A stretch of 64,000 nt of DNA from a virus, in the IMG/VR virus record IMGVR_UViG_3300032242_002232, positions 1-64,000 of that record; one strand, written 5' to 3'. The stretch's first letter is position 1. Each line of letters opens with the position of its first letter. A model generated the notes under the pieces. That model saw nothing but the letters and a program-made list of their open reading frames with translations, was not told the origin of the DNA and searched no databases. A program made the translations under genes and the position numbers. This document shows, in pieces, positions 1 through 9,786 of the stretch.

Positions 1-1010
1 CGGTAGAGGATTCTTTAGATTATCTATTAGATCAACTTGTTGAGTTTAGGCGTCGTAATAAGTCTATTGATGTAATCCAACAAGCTGCATCTGCAATTGA
101 GTCTGGGGACCATAACTCCGCTATCTCAATTATGGGTAAAGGATATGCAGCTCTTATAGATGAGGGCGTAGTACTTAGCGAAGACATTGATCTTACAGAT
201 CAACCTATGGAGCGTTACAACTCCTATCTAAATGTTAAAACACGACCAAACGGTCTATTGGGTATGGCTACGGGGTTTCAAGTTATGGACCTTGCAACCG
301 CCGGACTTCAAGGCGGTCAGTTGATTACTATTATTGCTCCACCTAAAACAGGTAAGTCGGTGCTAGCAATGCAGATGGCTGTAAACGTCCACAATGACGG
401 CTGGGTTCCAGCATTTCAATCTTTTGAAATGAGCAACACAGAGCAAGAGCACCGCCATGACGCAATGAGAGCTCATATCTCAAATAACCGTTTGGTTCGT
501 GGATGTCTAAAACCCGCAGAAGAAGCGCGATATCAAAAGATGCTTACAGATATGGAGACTATGCATCATTTTTATTTAACAGAGTCTATCTCAGCATATA
601 GTGTGTCTCAGCTTTCTCTTAAGATGGAAAAACTTCGCCCAAACATTTTATTTGTAGATGGTGTTTACTTAATGACTGACGAGATATCCGGAGAACGTGG
701 AACCCCAATTGCTCTTAGAAACATTACACAGTCATTAAAGCGTGTAGCACAGAAATTTGATATACCGGTTGTACAGACCACTCAGGTACTTAATAGCAAA
801 GTACGGGGGGGACAGATTACTGCAGACTCAATTGCGTTTTCATCTTCATTCCATCAAGATTCAGACGTTATCTTTGCCCTTCAACGCCAAGATGAGGAAG
901 ACGATAGTTCTAGATTATTAAAAATCGTAGCAAGCCGTAATACGGGGCCAGCAGAAGTTGAGCTTCTTTGGGACTGGGAAGAGGGGAAGTTCCAAGAATA
1001 TGGGGCTTAA
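1..1010 (+). CDS. dnaB: DnaB-like replicative helicase (5' truncated by window)
   Basis: Frame is open from base 3; Walker A APPKTGKS, SFEMS, FVDGVYLM, TTQ, QDSDVIFAL, ASRNTG. Confidence 0.92.
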   Translation, partial: VEDSLDYLLDQLVEFRRRNKSIDVIQQAASAIESGDHNSAISIMGKGYAALIDEGVVLSEDIDLTDQPMERYNSYLNVKTRPNGLLGMATGFQVMDLATAGLQGGQLITIIAPPKTGKSVLAMQMAVNVHNDGWVPAFQSFEMSNTEQEHRHDAMRAHISNNRLVRGCLKPAEEARYQKMLTDMETMHHFYLTESISAYSVSQLSLKMEKLRPNILFVDGVYLMTDEISGERGTPIALRNITQSLKRVAQKFDIPVVQTTQVLNSKVRGGQITADSIAFSSSFHQDSDVIFALQRQDEEDDSSRLLKIVASRNTGPAEVELLWDWEEGKFQEYGA

Positions 1011-1272
1011 TTTTGAGTACGAGGAGTATCCTTTTAATGGAACGCAACTCTGTAATGAATCTAATTCAGATTTATTTTTTCCTGAAGAGTATGTAGACCC
1101 AAACAAACTTGCCGCAGCAAGAAGTATCTGTAATGCCTGCCCATTAGTAGCAGATTGTTTAGAGTACGCTATTTCTACTCCTTGGTTGGATGGTATTTGG
1201 GCAGCAACAACTCCTCGTCAACGTAGTCGTATGAGAAGTCAACGTAAAAAGAGGGTACAAAGTGGACATTAG
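1000..1272 (+). CDS. whiB: WhiB-family Fe-S transcription factor #1
   Basis: C-x-DLFFP...C-x2-C-x5-C, GIWAA (variant of G[VI]WGG), basic C-terminal helix. Confidence 0.88.
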   Translation: MGLNFEYEEYPFNGTQLCNESNSDLFFPEEYVDPNKLAAARSICNACPLVADCLEYAISTPWLDGIWAATTPRQRSRMRSQRKKRVQSGH

Positions 1273-1477
1273 GGGAGTACCAACGCACGTATGCCCATGC
1301 GGATCCGAACTGTGGAAAGTACAGACTATATTTAAAGATTATCAAGTTGCTATGTATTTTCTTGATATGGAATGCGCTCTTTGCGGAACTATAGCAACTG
1401 CGCCTACACTTGCAGATATGCCTGAAGATTATGCTCCCGAAGAGCCTTTAGAGGAAGAGGAAGATTATGAGTGGTAG
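1262..1477 (+). CDS. small Zn-ribbon protein
   Basis: CPCG...CALCG, acidic tail, translationally coupled. Confidence 0.6.
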   Translation: MDIRGVPTHVCPCGSELWKVQTIFKDYQVAMYFLDMECALCGTIATAPTLADMPEDYAPEEPLEEEEDYEW

Positions 1478-1736
1478 AGCACAATTAGAACATTCAGATG
1501 TGGTGTTTACACGAGCACATGTTCCTGGAAAATGTAAAGGCAATACTTGTACGTTACATAACCGCAGCAATCATCCCTTGCGAGATTGGCCACAAATTTG
1601 GAACTCAACTGTGTATGCAATGGAGCGTTTATGTCCGCATGGTATTGGTCACGTCGATCCAGATGAAACAAATAAAGATATCGTAGTTAAGTTTGAGCAT
1701 GAAGGAAAATGTGATGGCTGCTGCATTCCGAGATAA
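1467..1736 (+). CDS. Cys/His-rich hypothetical protein
   Basis: CPHGIGH, CDGCC; coupled to neighbours. Confidence 0.6.
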   Translation: MSGRAQLEHSDVVFTRAHVPGKCKGNTCTLHNRSNHPLRDWPQIWNSTVYAMERLCPHGIGHVDPDETNKDIVVKFEHEGKCDGCCIPR

Positions 1737-2676
1737 CGAGGTTTACACCGTACTTGTAAAGCTAGGCATTGATGCATATGAGCATGGCCATGAAATATCG
1801 GGCCACTGCCCTATGCATGTTGAGAGAACGGGTAGAGAAGACATAAACCCTTCCTGGTCTGTAAATTCTGAGACAGGTGTACACAACTGTTTTTCTTGCG
1901 GATATAAGGGTTCATTACTTGGACTTATTTGCGACCTGCGTGAGTTTAAAACTTCCTACGGTTTGTCGGACTACGACGCAGCTAAAGAGTGGTTGTCTTC
2001 AAGCATCGATGTAAATCTCCCACAGTTAATTAAACAAATGGAAGAGTCAAAGCTATCCTACATTCGTCTACCGACCGTAGTTCCTATGAGCGAAGCCAGG
2101 TTAGCTGTGTTTACAGACCCACCAGAGTGGGCTTTAGAAGCCCGTCAAGTTAGTCTTGAAGATTGCAAAAAATATTCAGTAAAGTGGTCTGCTTCTTTAA
2201 ATTCTTGGATTCTTCCTATAAGAGAATCTGAAACAGGGAGCCTAATGGGGTGGCAAGAAAAGGGACAATTAGAACGTCATTTTATGAATCGCCCTACCGG
2301 ACTTAAAAAATCTAAATCTTTATTTGGAATAGCCGCTTGGGAAGGCGGAACTATGGTTGTAGTTGAATCCCCACTAGATGCGGTTAAGTGCGGTGGCGTA
2401 GCGCTTTGTGGAGCAACTGTTAGCGATGCTCAGTACGAGCTTATGCGTAAAGCTGAAAAGTTAATTATTGCTTTTGATAACCCTGATGTTGATCCTGCCG
2501 GGTATAAAGCTTTAGAGGATTTTAAGGTAGAGGCAAGAAAACGCGGCATAGAATACTGGGCATTTAATTATGGTGATACAAATGCCAAAGATATTGGCGA
2601 TATGAGCATGAATGCTGTACGCTGGGGGATTGATAACGCCATTCATTGTGTAAAACTAGGGGGCATCTTAAAATGA
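1714..2676 (+). CDS. dnaG: DNA primase (CHC2 Zn finger + TOPRIM)
   Basis: CPMH...PSWSVN...CFSCG; VVESPLD, AFDN, AKDIGD. Confidence 0.88.
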   Translation: MAAAFRDNEVYTVLVKLGIDAYEHGHEISGHCPMHVERTGREDINPSWSVNSETGVHNCFSCGYKGSLLGLICDLREFKTSYGLSDYDAAKEWLSSSIDVNLPQLIKQMEESKLSYIRLPTVVPMSEARLAVFTDPPEWALEARQVSLEDCKKYSVKWSASLNSWILPIRESETGSLMGWQEKGQLERHFMNRPTGLKKSKSLFGIAAWEGGTMVVVESPLDAVKCGGVALCGATVSDAQYELMRKAEKLIIAFDNPDVDPAGYKALEDFKVEARKRGIEYWAFNYGDTNAKDIGDMSMNAVRWGIDNAIHCVKLGGILK

Positions 2677-3224
2677 TTATTGGATTAACTGGATACGCAC
2701 AGTCGGGAAAAGACACGGTTGCTAAAATTTTGGTAGAGGAACACGGTTTTACTAGGGTTGCTTTTGCCGATAAAATTAGAGAGTTTCTTTACGAGACTAA
2801 TCCTATGTATGACACTATTGCTTTTGAACCACGTTTTGTAAAAGAATGCGTAGATAAGGTTGGTTGGGAAGAAGCTAAACAAAACCCACAGATACGTCGT
2901 CTACTACAAACTTCCGGAGTTGCTGCCCGTAAGATATTTGGGGATGATTTTTGGGTAAAGCAATCTTTAGATGGGCTTGGTTTATTTGGAGCATCTAATT
3001 ATGTTATTACTGACGTTCGTTTTGAAAACGAAGCTGAGGCTATTAAAAAATATGATAATGTTCAATTGTGGAGAATCAAACGTAATGGAGTATCGGCCGT
3101 AAATGCGCACGTATCAGAGTCTCAAATGGATGGCTACCCAGTAGATCAAATCTTTACTAATAATGGGACTATTGCCGATTTAGAGGGACTTGTAAACTCT
3201 AGAATGCAAAACCTTTTGGTATGA
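2673..3224 (+). CDS. deoxynucleoside monophosphate kinase
   Basis: IIGLTGYAQSGKDT, AFADKIR, RRLLQ, ITDVRFENE, HVSE. Confidence 0.9.
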   Translation: MIIGLTGYAQSGKDTVAKILVEEHGFTRVAFADKIREFLYETNPMYDTIAFEPRFVKECVDKVGWEEAKQNPQIRRLLQTSGVAARKIFGDDFWVKQSLDGLGLFGASNYVITDVRFENEAEAIKKYDNVQLWRIKRNGVSAVNAHVSESQMDGYPVDQIFTNNGTIADLEGLVNSRMQNLLV

Positions 3225-4834
3225 GCTTTACAGGCACCTTATTGCCTTATCAGGTAGAGGCAGTAGAGGCTATGGTTTCTCGCAAGCGCATGCTTGTTGC
3301 CTATGATCTTGGGCTAGGTAAAACTGTCCTCACAATTGCTGCTTTGGAAGAACTTAGAGACTCCGGAGATATAACCGGTCCTGGTATAATTATCTGCTTA
3401 TCTTCCCTCAAATATCAGTGGAAGCAACAGATTGAGAAATTTACAAATGGATCTGCAAACGTTGTGGTCATTGACGGAACGCCGTCAAAACGAGCACAAC
3501 AATACACAGAGGCTCTCGACTGGGGGCATACACTCGTTGATTACGTCATTATTAACTACGAGCAAGTTGTTAACGACTGGAAGTGGGTTGAACAACTACC
3601 AAGAGAGTTCGTTGTCTGCGATGAAGCAACAGCAATTAAATCTTTTAAATCAAAACGAGCAAAATACGTAAAAAAATTAAAGAGTCCAGTTAAGTATGCA
3701 TTGACCGGAACCCCAGTAGAGAATGGTAAGCCTGAAGAACTTTACAGCATTATGCAGTTTGTAGATGAAAAGGTTCTTGGAAGATTTGATCTTTTTGATA
3801 ACACTTTTATTGTGCGTAATCGTTTTGGTGGCGTAGAGAGATACAGAAACTTACCTCTTCTAACTAAAACTTTAGGTGGAGCATCAGTACGCAAACGTCA
3901 ATCCGATCCAGATGTTGCCCCATATTTACCAGAGTCTTTGCATGCGGAACCAATTTTTGTTCCTTTTGATCGAGCCGGTAAAAAACTATATACACATATT
4001 GTTCGAGACCTCGTTATAAATTTAGATGATGCGATGGATTCGTTTGGTTCTGGGTTTGATATTTTTTCTCATTACGGTCAAAGCGACCAAGGCGGGATGA
4101 TGGACGAGCTTCGGGGGCTTATAATGTCTAAGATGACTTGTTTACGCTTATTATGTGATGATCCTCAATTATTGTTAAAGAGCGCGGACAAGTTTGACAA
4201 CGGATCGGTAGTGGTTGACGGCACCACGTTAAACATTCCGGGTTTTTACGGTGGGTCGGGTTATGCTTCTGAGTTAAAGGCTTTGGGTTTGTTAGAAGGA
4301 ATGACTTCAGGACCTAAACTTGAAGTTTTAAAACAATACATAAATGATTTTTTGTCTCAATACGATCAAAATAAAGCTGTAATCTTTTCAAGTTTTGTAG
4401 GTATGACGTCATTACTGCAGAACTCCTTGCCTTACGGCTCTGTTGTTTACACAGGTCAAATGAATGCAAAACAAAAAGAAGCAGCAAAGATAAAGTTTCA
4501 AACAGATCCCGAGTGTAGGTTGTTTATATCTTCCGATGCCGGGGGATATGGTGTAGACTTGCCTCAGGCAAACTTGTTAGTCAATTATGATCTACCTTGG
4601 AATGCCGGGTTAGCGGTTCAGCGTAATGGTAGGATTAAACGCGCTTCCAGTACTTGGGAGCGTATTGTCGTACAAGACATACTAATGGAGAACTCACTCG
4701 AGCAGCGTCAACGAGAGATGTTGTTGCAAAAGTCTGCTATAGCTAATGCTGTAATAGACGGCGAGGGTATTAATGACCAGGGTGGGGTAAACCTTACCGT
4801 GGGAACCTTGAGGGCGTTTCTACTAAATACATAG
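3221..4834 (+). CDS. SNF2-family helicase
   Basis: LLPYQ, DLGLGKT, CDEA, ALTGTPVEN, GGYGVDL, YDLPWN, QRNGRIKR. Confidence 0.92.
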   Translation: MSFTGTLLPYQVEAVEAMVSRKRMLVAYDLGLGKTVLTIAALEELRDSGDITGPGIIICLSSLKYQWKQQIEKFTNGSANVVVIDGTPSKRAQQYTEALDWGHTLVDYVIINYEQVVNDWKWVEQLPREFVVCDEATAIKSFKSKRAKYVKKLKSPVKYALTGTPVENGKPEELYSIMQFVDEKVLGRFDLFDNTFIVRNRFGGVERYRNLPLLTKTLGGASVRKRQSDPDVAPYLPESLHAEPIFVPFDRAGKKLYTHIVRDLVINLDDAMDSFGSGFDIFSHYGQSDQGGMMDELRGLIMSKMTCLRLLCDDPQLLLKSADKFDNGSVVVDGTTLNIPGFYGGSGYASELKALGLLEGMTSGPKLEVLKQYINDFLSQYDQNKAVIFSSFVGMTSLLQNSLPYGSVVYTGQMNAKQKEAAKIKFQTDPECRLFISSDAGGYGVDLPQANLLVNYDLPWNAGLAVQRNGRIKRASSTWERIVVQDILMENSLEQRQREMLLQKSAIANAVIDGEGINDQGGVNLTVGTLRAFLLNT

Positions 4835-4841
4835 GAGAGTA

Positions 4842-4985
4842 ATGCCGAATTCACCGAAGACACCAACCCGCACTATTCGTGTCTCAAATGAGCTTTGGAA
4901 CGCTGTAAAAGAGAAGGCTGCCGCTGATAAGCGTACAGTTACAGACGTAATCATCCAGGCTCTAAAGCAATACTTGGAGCAATAG
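4842..4985 (+). CDS. 47-aa ribbon-helix-helix DNA-binding protein (not in ORF track)
   Basis: MPNSPKTPTRTIRVSNELWNAVKEKAAADKRTVTDVIIQALKQYLEQ; SD AGGAG. Confidence 0.75.
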   Translation: MPNSPKTPTRTIRVSNELWNAVKEKAAADKRTVTDVIIQALKQYLEQ

Positions 4986-5012
4986 ACTACATCTAAGAGT
5001 CACCTGCCAGAC

Positions 5013-5052
5013 AACCCCCCGGATTTGACACCGGGGGGTTTTCTGTTAGTGT
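5013..5052 (+). terminator. terminator hairpin overlapping a sigma-70/SigA promoter
   Basis: AACCCCCCGG/CCGGGGGGTT stem + T tract; TTGACA (5025-5030) in the loop, TGt-TAGTGT at 5044-5052. Confidence 0.6.
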
Positions 5053-5091
5053 ATGGCATACCAATCGGCACCAGAACTAAAGGAGCACCAA

Positions 5092-5529
5092 ATGCCACAA
5101 ATTGAGTCATCACCACGAAAAATTTCAGCTAACCCACTTCTTGCAAAAGTTCGAGAATACCTCACTTACAAGAAAAAGATTGATGAGCTCTCCAAATCAC
5201 AGTCTGAAATTAAAAACGAATTAATGGAGGAAGTAGAAAACAACGGCGTAGAGGATGATAAAGGCCATCTATGGCTAGAGCTTCCTGAAGAAGTAGATGG
5301 CTATGTGTCTTTACAGCGTCAGCGCCGTGTATCACAAAAGCTTGACATGGATGCTGCGGTGGTTCTATTAGCTACTAAGGGCCTTGCAGATCGTTGTATT
5401 AAAGCTCTTCCAACAGTTGATGAGGATGAGGTTATGGCTTGTCTTTATGAAGGAAAGCTTTCTGAAAAAGATATTGACACAATGTTTCCTAAGACAGTTA
5501 CCTGGGCGTTTGTCCCAAGCAAGAAGTAA
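5092..5529 (+). CDS. hypothetical coiled-coil protein
   Basis: SD AAGGAG before ATG 5092. Confidence 0.65.
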   Translation: MPQIESSPRKISANPLLAKVREYLTYKKKIDELSKSQSEIKNELMEEVENNGVEDDKGHLWLELPEEVDGYVSLQRQRRVSQKLDMDAAVVLLATKGLADRCIKALPTVDEDEVMACLYEGKLSEKDIDTMFPKTVTWAFVPSKK

Positions 5530-5531
5530 CT

Positions 5532-5711
5532 ATGTATGAGCGCAAAGTTGGTAGAGTTTGGGTTCAATGGGGGTTCTTTACTAAAGCCTTTTCACTTGGA
5601 ATACACCTTTCTACTATTCAATGTTCTCTTGATTTGATTTTATTTTGGATACAGGTAGAGTTCCCCCCATCAAAGCGAACACGTAAAAAGTGGGCAAAGA
5701 AATATGACTGA
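5532..5711 (+). CDS. 59-aa hypothetical protein (not in ORF track)
   Basis: MYERKVGRVWVQWG...KKYD fills the gap and overlaps the next start. Confidence 0.5.
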   Translation: MYERKVGRVWVQWGFFTKAFSLGIHLSTIQCSLDLILFWIQVEFPPSKRTRKKWAKKYD

Positions 5712-6171
5712 TGACGTTATAGATGCGATGTTTGGAAACTTAGGTAAAACTTACCCTGGTTCTAAACAAGTGCGAAAGTCTTTAGCGCACCCTGTAAAAA
5801 AGAAAAAAGAAGACGTAGATTCCTGGGAAGAAAATTCCCAGGTTAAAAAACTGCCTAGCGGCAAAGAGGTTGAGTTATTTAGTGCTGGGGCTCTTGCCTT
5901 GGCTCTAGGTAGGCCTCTCGTAACTGTACGACTTTGGGAACGAAAAGGTTATATACCACGTGCACCCTATCGCTTAAAGTCAATTATTGTTGATGGGAAG
6001 AAAAAGCCTGGCTGGCGTATGTACAGTCGTGATATGATTCTCTCAGTAATAAACAGTTTTCAATCTCGAGGGCTTCTTGAAGCCCCCCGGATTGACTGGA
6101 ATCGGCATCCCGATCTATCGGTAGAAATACTGGAGAACTGGACTAAGATTCATACTCAAGAAACTAACTAA
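5704..6171 (+). CDS. MerR-like HTH DNA-binding protein
   Basis: FSAGALALALGRPLVTVRLWERKGYIP...GWRMYS. Confidence 0.75.
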   Translation: MTDDVIDAMFGNLGKTYPGSKQVRKSLAHPVKKKKEDVDSWEENSQVKKLPSGKEVELFSAGALALALGRPLVTVRLWERKGYIPRAPYRLKSIIVDGKKKPGWRMYSRDMILSVINSFQSRGLLEAPRIDWNRHPDLSVEILENWTKIHTQETN

Positions 6172-6205
6172 TACCTATGGCTAATGGCTAAGAAAGGCGT
6201 CTTAA

Positions 6206-6913
6206 ATGACTCCAGATACAACAGTTCGTCAAGTTCCAAATGTAGCAAGTTACATTGGAAATTCACCGGTAGATCCAACAGTTGATGTTGAAGAAGATCT
6301 ATATGTAGAAGATAGCGAAGAAGAATTTCCTGAGCGCTCTTCTGTAATTCAAACTGGTTGGGCAGCAGCAAAGAAAGCTGTGGCTGAATCAAGCCGTTCT
6401 TATACGAATGATTTTAAGTTCGAAGAGGACGTGCAACTTATTAAGTTCCTATCATCCGAACCAATGGTCTTCTTCCAGCACTGGGTAGACCGCAAAGGCA
6501 AGAAGTCCTTTATTGGTTGGGAAGGGGACCCACTAGCACGCGTTGGCAATAAGCCAGAGCGAAAGTTTGCTTTTAGCGTTGTAAACCTTTCAGATGAAAC
6601 ACCAACAATTCAGTTAATGACTGTTGGTATTCGTTTCTGTGGGCAACTAGAAAAGTTAAACTCAGACAAGAAGACCGGGCCATTAGACCGTCCGGATCTT
6701 TACTGGGCCGTAAGCCGTTCAGGCACAGGCACAAAAACTTCATATTCAATTCTTCCTGTTAAAGAGCGAGATCTCTCAGAGGACTGGGAAATTGACCCAG
6801 TTCAAATGTCAGGCGTTATTTCTCAAATGAAACCACTAGGAGCAGACGCATTGCGTATGTCTACTACTGCTGAACTTGAAGAAATCGCACGAGAAATTCT
6901 GGCTGGCCAGTAA
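6206..6913 (+). CDS. single-stranded DNA-binding protein (gp32-like)
   Basis: FQHW, VSRSGTGTKTSY; lies directly upstream of the polymerase. Confidence 0.6.
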   Translation: MTPDTTVRQVPNVASYIGNSPVDPTVDVEEDLYVEDSEEEFPERSSVIQTGWAAAKKAVAESSRSYTNDFKFEEDVQLIKFLSSEPMVFFQHWVDRKGKKSFIGWEGDPLARVGNKPERKFAFSVVNLSDETPTIQLMTVGIRFCGQLEKLNSDKKTGPLDRPDLYWAVSRSGTGTKTSYSILPVKERDLSEDWEIDPVQMSGVISQMKPLGADALRMSTTAELEEIAREILAGQ

Positions 6914-6920
6914 TCGGGGC

Positions 6921-6966
6921 GTTGGGGGACTCTGTTCTTACCTCCTTTGTTTCAGAGTCCCCTAAC
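6921..6966 (+). promoter_or_regulatory. 14-bp hairpin with an anti-SD loop upstream of the polymerase
   Basis: GTTGGGGGACTCTG/CAGAGTCCCCTAAC, loop TTCTTACCTCCTTTGTTT. Confidence 0.6.
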
Positions 6967-6984
6967 TTAACAAGTGAGGGAAAT

Positions 6985-8967
6985 ATGAATTTTATAACTA
7001 GCATCGAAGATTTAAATGATCTTGTCGAGTATTACTCTGGACAAGACGCGTTTTGCTATGACGTAGAAACTATGGGTGATCATCGAGGCGATCCCCGTAG
7101 AAACATGGTTGTGTGGATTGCTATGGCGACCCATGGTCGAGTCGATGTGATTCCTATGGGCCATCCAAATGGTGAATATCTACGTACAGAGTTTCCTTTA
7201 CTTCCCTCAGCAGTGGCAAAAGCTGAGCGCGGGCAAGAACTACGCCCACAGGATTACAGCAAGGATGAAAAGAAAGCTACAAAGATTTTTGATAAACCCC
7301 CGGCTCAATTAACCCCTGCAGAAGTGTTTTTAGCTATTAAGCCTTTACTTAACAGTTCTAAGGTAAAGGTTGGTCACAACCTTAAGTTTGATTTAGAGAG
7401 CGTTACTAAATATAACAAGGGCTTACCTGCAGCCCCTTATTTTTGTACTTTAAATGCTGCGTTTATTCTTGATAATCGTAATCGTATCTCCCTTGGTCTA
7501 GACGACTGTTTAAAGCGTGAGTTTGGTTACGAGATGGTCAAAGGTGTTGGTAAAGAAATTGAGGCCTATTCTTACCAAGATGTGGGTACATATGCCGGGC
7601 TCGACGCCGAGTGGACCTGGAATTTATATTTAAAGTACAAAGATATGATTGTTGATCAAGGACTTAGTCCTATTTTTAATTTAGAGATGGACGTATTAAA
7701 TGTAATCTGCCACATGGAGTTACGAGGTGCCGATATTGATGTAGACCAGCTATCTCAATTAAAGATTGATCTTGAAAAACAAATTGAAGACACAAAAGGA
7801 AAAATCTTTGGCCTTGCAAAGAGAGCTTTTAATATGAACTCCGTACCAGAAAAACAAGAAATTCTTTTTACTTTGCGTAAAGATGGTGGACGAGGACTTA
7901 AACCAAAGACAATGACCCCGGCAGGTCAAAAGCGTATGGACACAGACGCAAATTATAAACCAACATATAGAGATTATTCTGTATCAGAACCTGCTCTTTC
8001 CGTATTTAGAGGTAGAGACTCTTTGGTAGATCAGCTTCTTACCTATTCAGATTTAAATAAGCTTATGACCACTTACGTAATACCTTACTTAGGTGGAGAC
8101 ATTACACGCACTCTTGCGGGTAAAACAAAGATTACAACAAAAGAAAGCCTCATGTACAAAGGCCGAATCCACACAGACTTTGTACAGTACGGTGCAGATA
8201 CAGGAAGATTTTCTAGCAGAAACCCAAATTTGCAGAATGTGCCCGCCCCTCATACTGCAAACGGTAAGGCTATCAGAAATCTTTTTGTAGCCCCCGAAGG
8301 CCATAAACTAGTAGTGGCGGACTACTCACAGATCGAACCTAGAGTTATTGCTTCTTTTAGTAATGACAGGGTTATGGTTGACGCCTATAAGAATGGCGAG
8401 GACATCTACACAACTATCGGTAATACGATGGGTGTAGACCGAAAGGCAGGCAAAGTCCTGGTCCTCGCCCTTGCTTATGGAGTAGGGCCAGACAAGATTG
8501 CGCGTGAGATTGGCTGTTCTCTTACAGAGGCTAGAGATTTATTAGATAACTTTGGTAAGAAGTTTCCTTCTATTGCTCGTTATAAACGTCAAGTTATTAG
8601 CGATTGTAGGCGTCAAACCCCTATACCTTATGTAACTACTTTATTAAAGCGTAGACGATATCTTCCCGATCTTCGTGCAAAAGACCAGTGGACACGGGCT
8701 AAGGCAGAACGTCAGGCATTTAATACTATGATTCAAGGATCAGCAGCAGACCTCATCAAGGTTGCGATGGTTCGAGCCCAGGCAATGATTCCTGTAGAGT
8801 CTAGCCTTATACTTACTGTTCACGATGAACTTGTAACCATTACCCCAGATCACCTTGCTGAGGAGACAATGGAAGCAATTAGAGGAGCTATGGAAGGCAT
8901 TAATGTGTTGTCAATACCTTTGATTGCAGATGTTAAACTAGTGTCCCGCTGGGGAGAGGCAAAATAA
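6985..8967 (+). CDS. polA: family A DNA polymerase with 3'-5' exonuclease
   Basis: YDVET, GHNLKFD, YAGLDA, TGRFSSRNPNLQN, ADYSQIEPR, KVLVLALAYG, IQGSAAD, TVHDEL. Confidence 0.96.
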   Translation: MNFITSIEDLNDLVEYYSGQDAFCYDVETMGDHRGDPRRNMVVWIAMATHGRVDVIPMGHPNGEYLRTEFPLLPSAVAKAERGQELRPQDYSKDEKKATKIFDKPPAQLTPAEVFLAIKPLLNSSKVKVGHNLKFDLESVTKYNKGLPAAPYFCTLNAAFILDNRNRISLGLDDCLKREFGYEMVKGVGKEIEAYSYQDVGTYAGLDAEWTWNLYLKYKDMIVDQGLSPIFNLEMDVLNVICHMELRGADIDVDQLSQLKIDLEKQIEDTKGKIFGLAKRAFNMNSVPEKQEILFTLRKDGGRGLKPKTMTPAGQKRMDTDANYKPTYRDYSVSEPALSVFRGRDSLVDQLLTYSDLNKLMTTYVIPYLGGDITRTLAGKTKITTKESLMYKGRIHTDFVQYGADTGRFSSRNPNLQNVPAPHTANGKAIRNLFVAPEGHKLVVADYSQIEPRVIASFSNDRVMVDAYKNGEDIYTTIGNTMGVDRKAGKVLVLALAYGVGPDKIAREIGCSLTEARDLLDNFGKKFPSIARYKRQVISDCRRQTPIPYVTTLLKRRRYLPDLRAKDQWTRAKAERQAFNTMIQGSAADLIKVAMVRAQAMIPVESSLILTVHDELVTITPDHLAEETMEAIRGAMEGINVLSIPLIADVKLVSRWGEAK

Positions 8968-9401
8968 TGGGTTTATTTAGTCGAAAGAAAAAGAGAAGGA
9001 TTACAAAGCTTATAGAAATTCGTATGCCTATTTTAATTAGGCAAATGATTTACGATTCTATATTTGATGATCCGGAGCACATAGCAGAAGCTATGGGATT
9101 GCCACCAATTTCACAAGAAGTTTCAGAAATGGAAGAACAAGCAAGCGTAGATCGTTTAGCACAGTTTGCGGCTTTAGTACCATTTTTAGAATCTCACGCA
9201 GATATCGCTGCTAGGATTGCAACTGCTGCTTATAGGATTGAAAGCATAGAAGACACTGCATTAGAAAATTTTATGGATGAAGAGCACCTAGATATGATTT
9301 TAAGTTTGTTTAGAATTGTTTCTTTATCTTCTTCGGTTTCTTCTATAGCAACTCTTATGGATTTAGGACTATTAGAGACGGAGGTACACGTCGATGAGTA
9401 A
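8967..9401 (+). CDS. hypothetical protein
   Basis: Coupled ORF in the replication operon. Confidence 0.65.
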   Translation: MGLFSRKKKRRITKLIEIRMPILIRQMIYDSIFDDPEHIAEAMGLPPISQEVSEMEEQASVDRLAQFAALVPFLESHADIAARIATAAYRIESIEDTALENFMDEEHLDMILSLFRIVSLSSSVSSIATLMDLGLLETEVHVDE

Positions 9402-9786
9402 TGCAGATTGGTACGCAAGAAAAATGGGCGCACAAAAACCCCAACAATCATCGCCACCATCATCCCCACCAGCACCTATGCGTTATACACCGCAACAGCG
9501 TCAAGAACCCAATGTTCCAGTTACATACGATCCTTCTGAAGATCAATTAGTTACTAGAGCTCAAAGTGCAAGAGAGTCTGACATGTGCCCAGGGTGTATG
9601 TCTGGAAATTATTTTGCCCCATTAGGGACACAACGTAAACGCTGTTATGATTGCGGATACCCAATAGTTCAACAAGGTTCCGGTTTATCAAGTTCAGGTA
9701 CAGGAAATGGTACTGTTAAGGCAGCAAGACAAGTAGGGCAAGAAGGCGGATTTAACCCAACAACAATCGTAGATCGGATCGGCTAA
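9394..9786 (+). CDS. Zn-ribbon hypothetical protein
   Basis: CPGC...CYDCGYP. Confidence 0.65.
   Translation: MSNADWYARKMGAQKPQQSSPPSSPPAPMRYTPQQRQEPNVPVTYDPSEDQLVTRAQSARESDMCPGCMSGNYFAPLGTQRKRCYDCGYPIVQQGSGLSSSGTGNGTVKAARQVGQEGGFNPTTIVDRIG

Noticed and set aside
6985-8967. Intein or intron in polA, nrdJ or terL
   Set aside because: Lengths are normal, frames are continuous and no splice-junction motifs were seen
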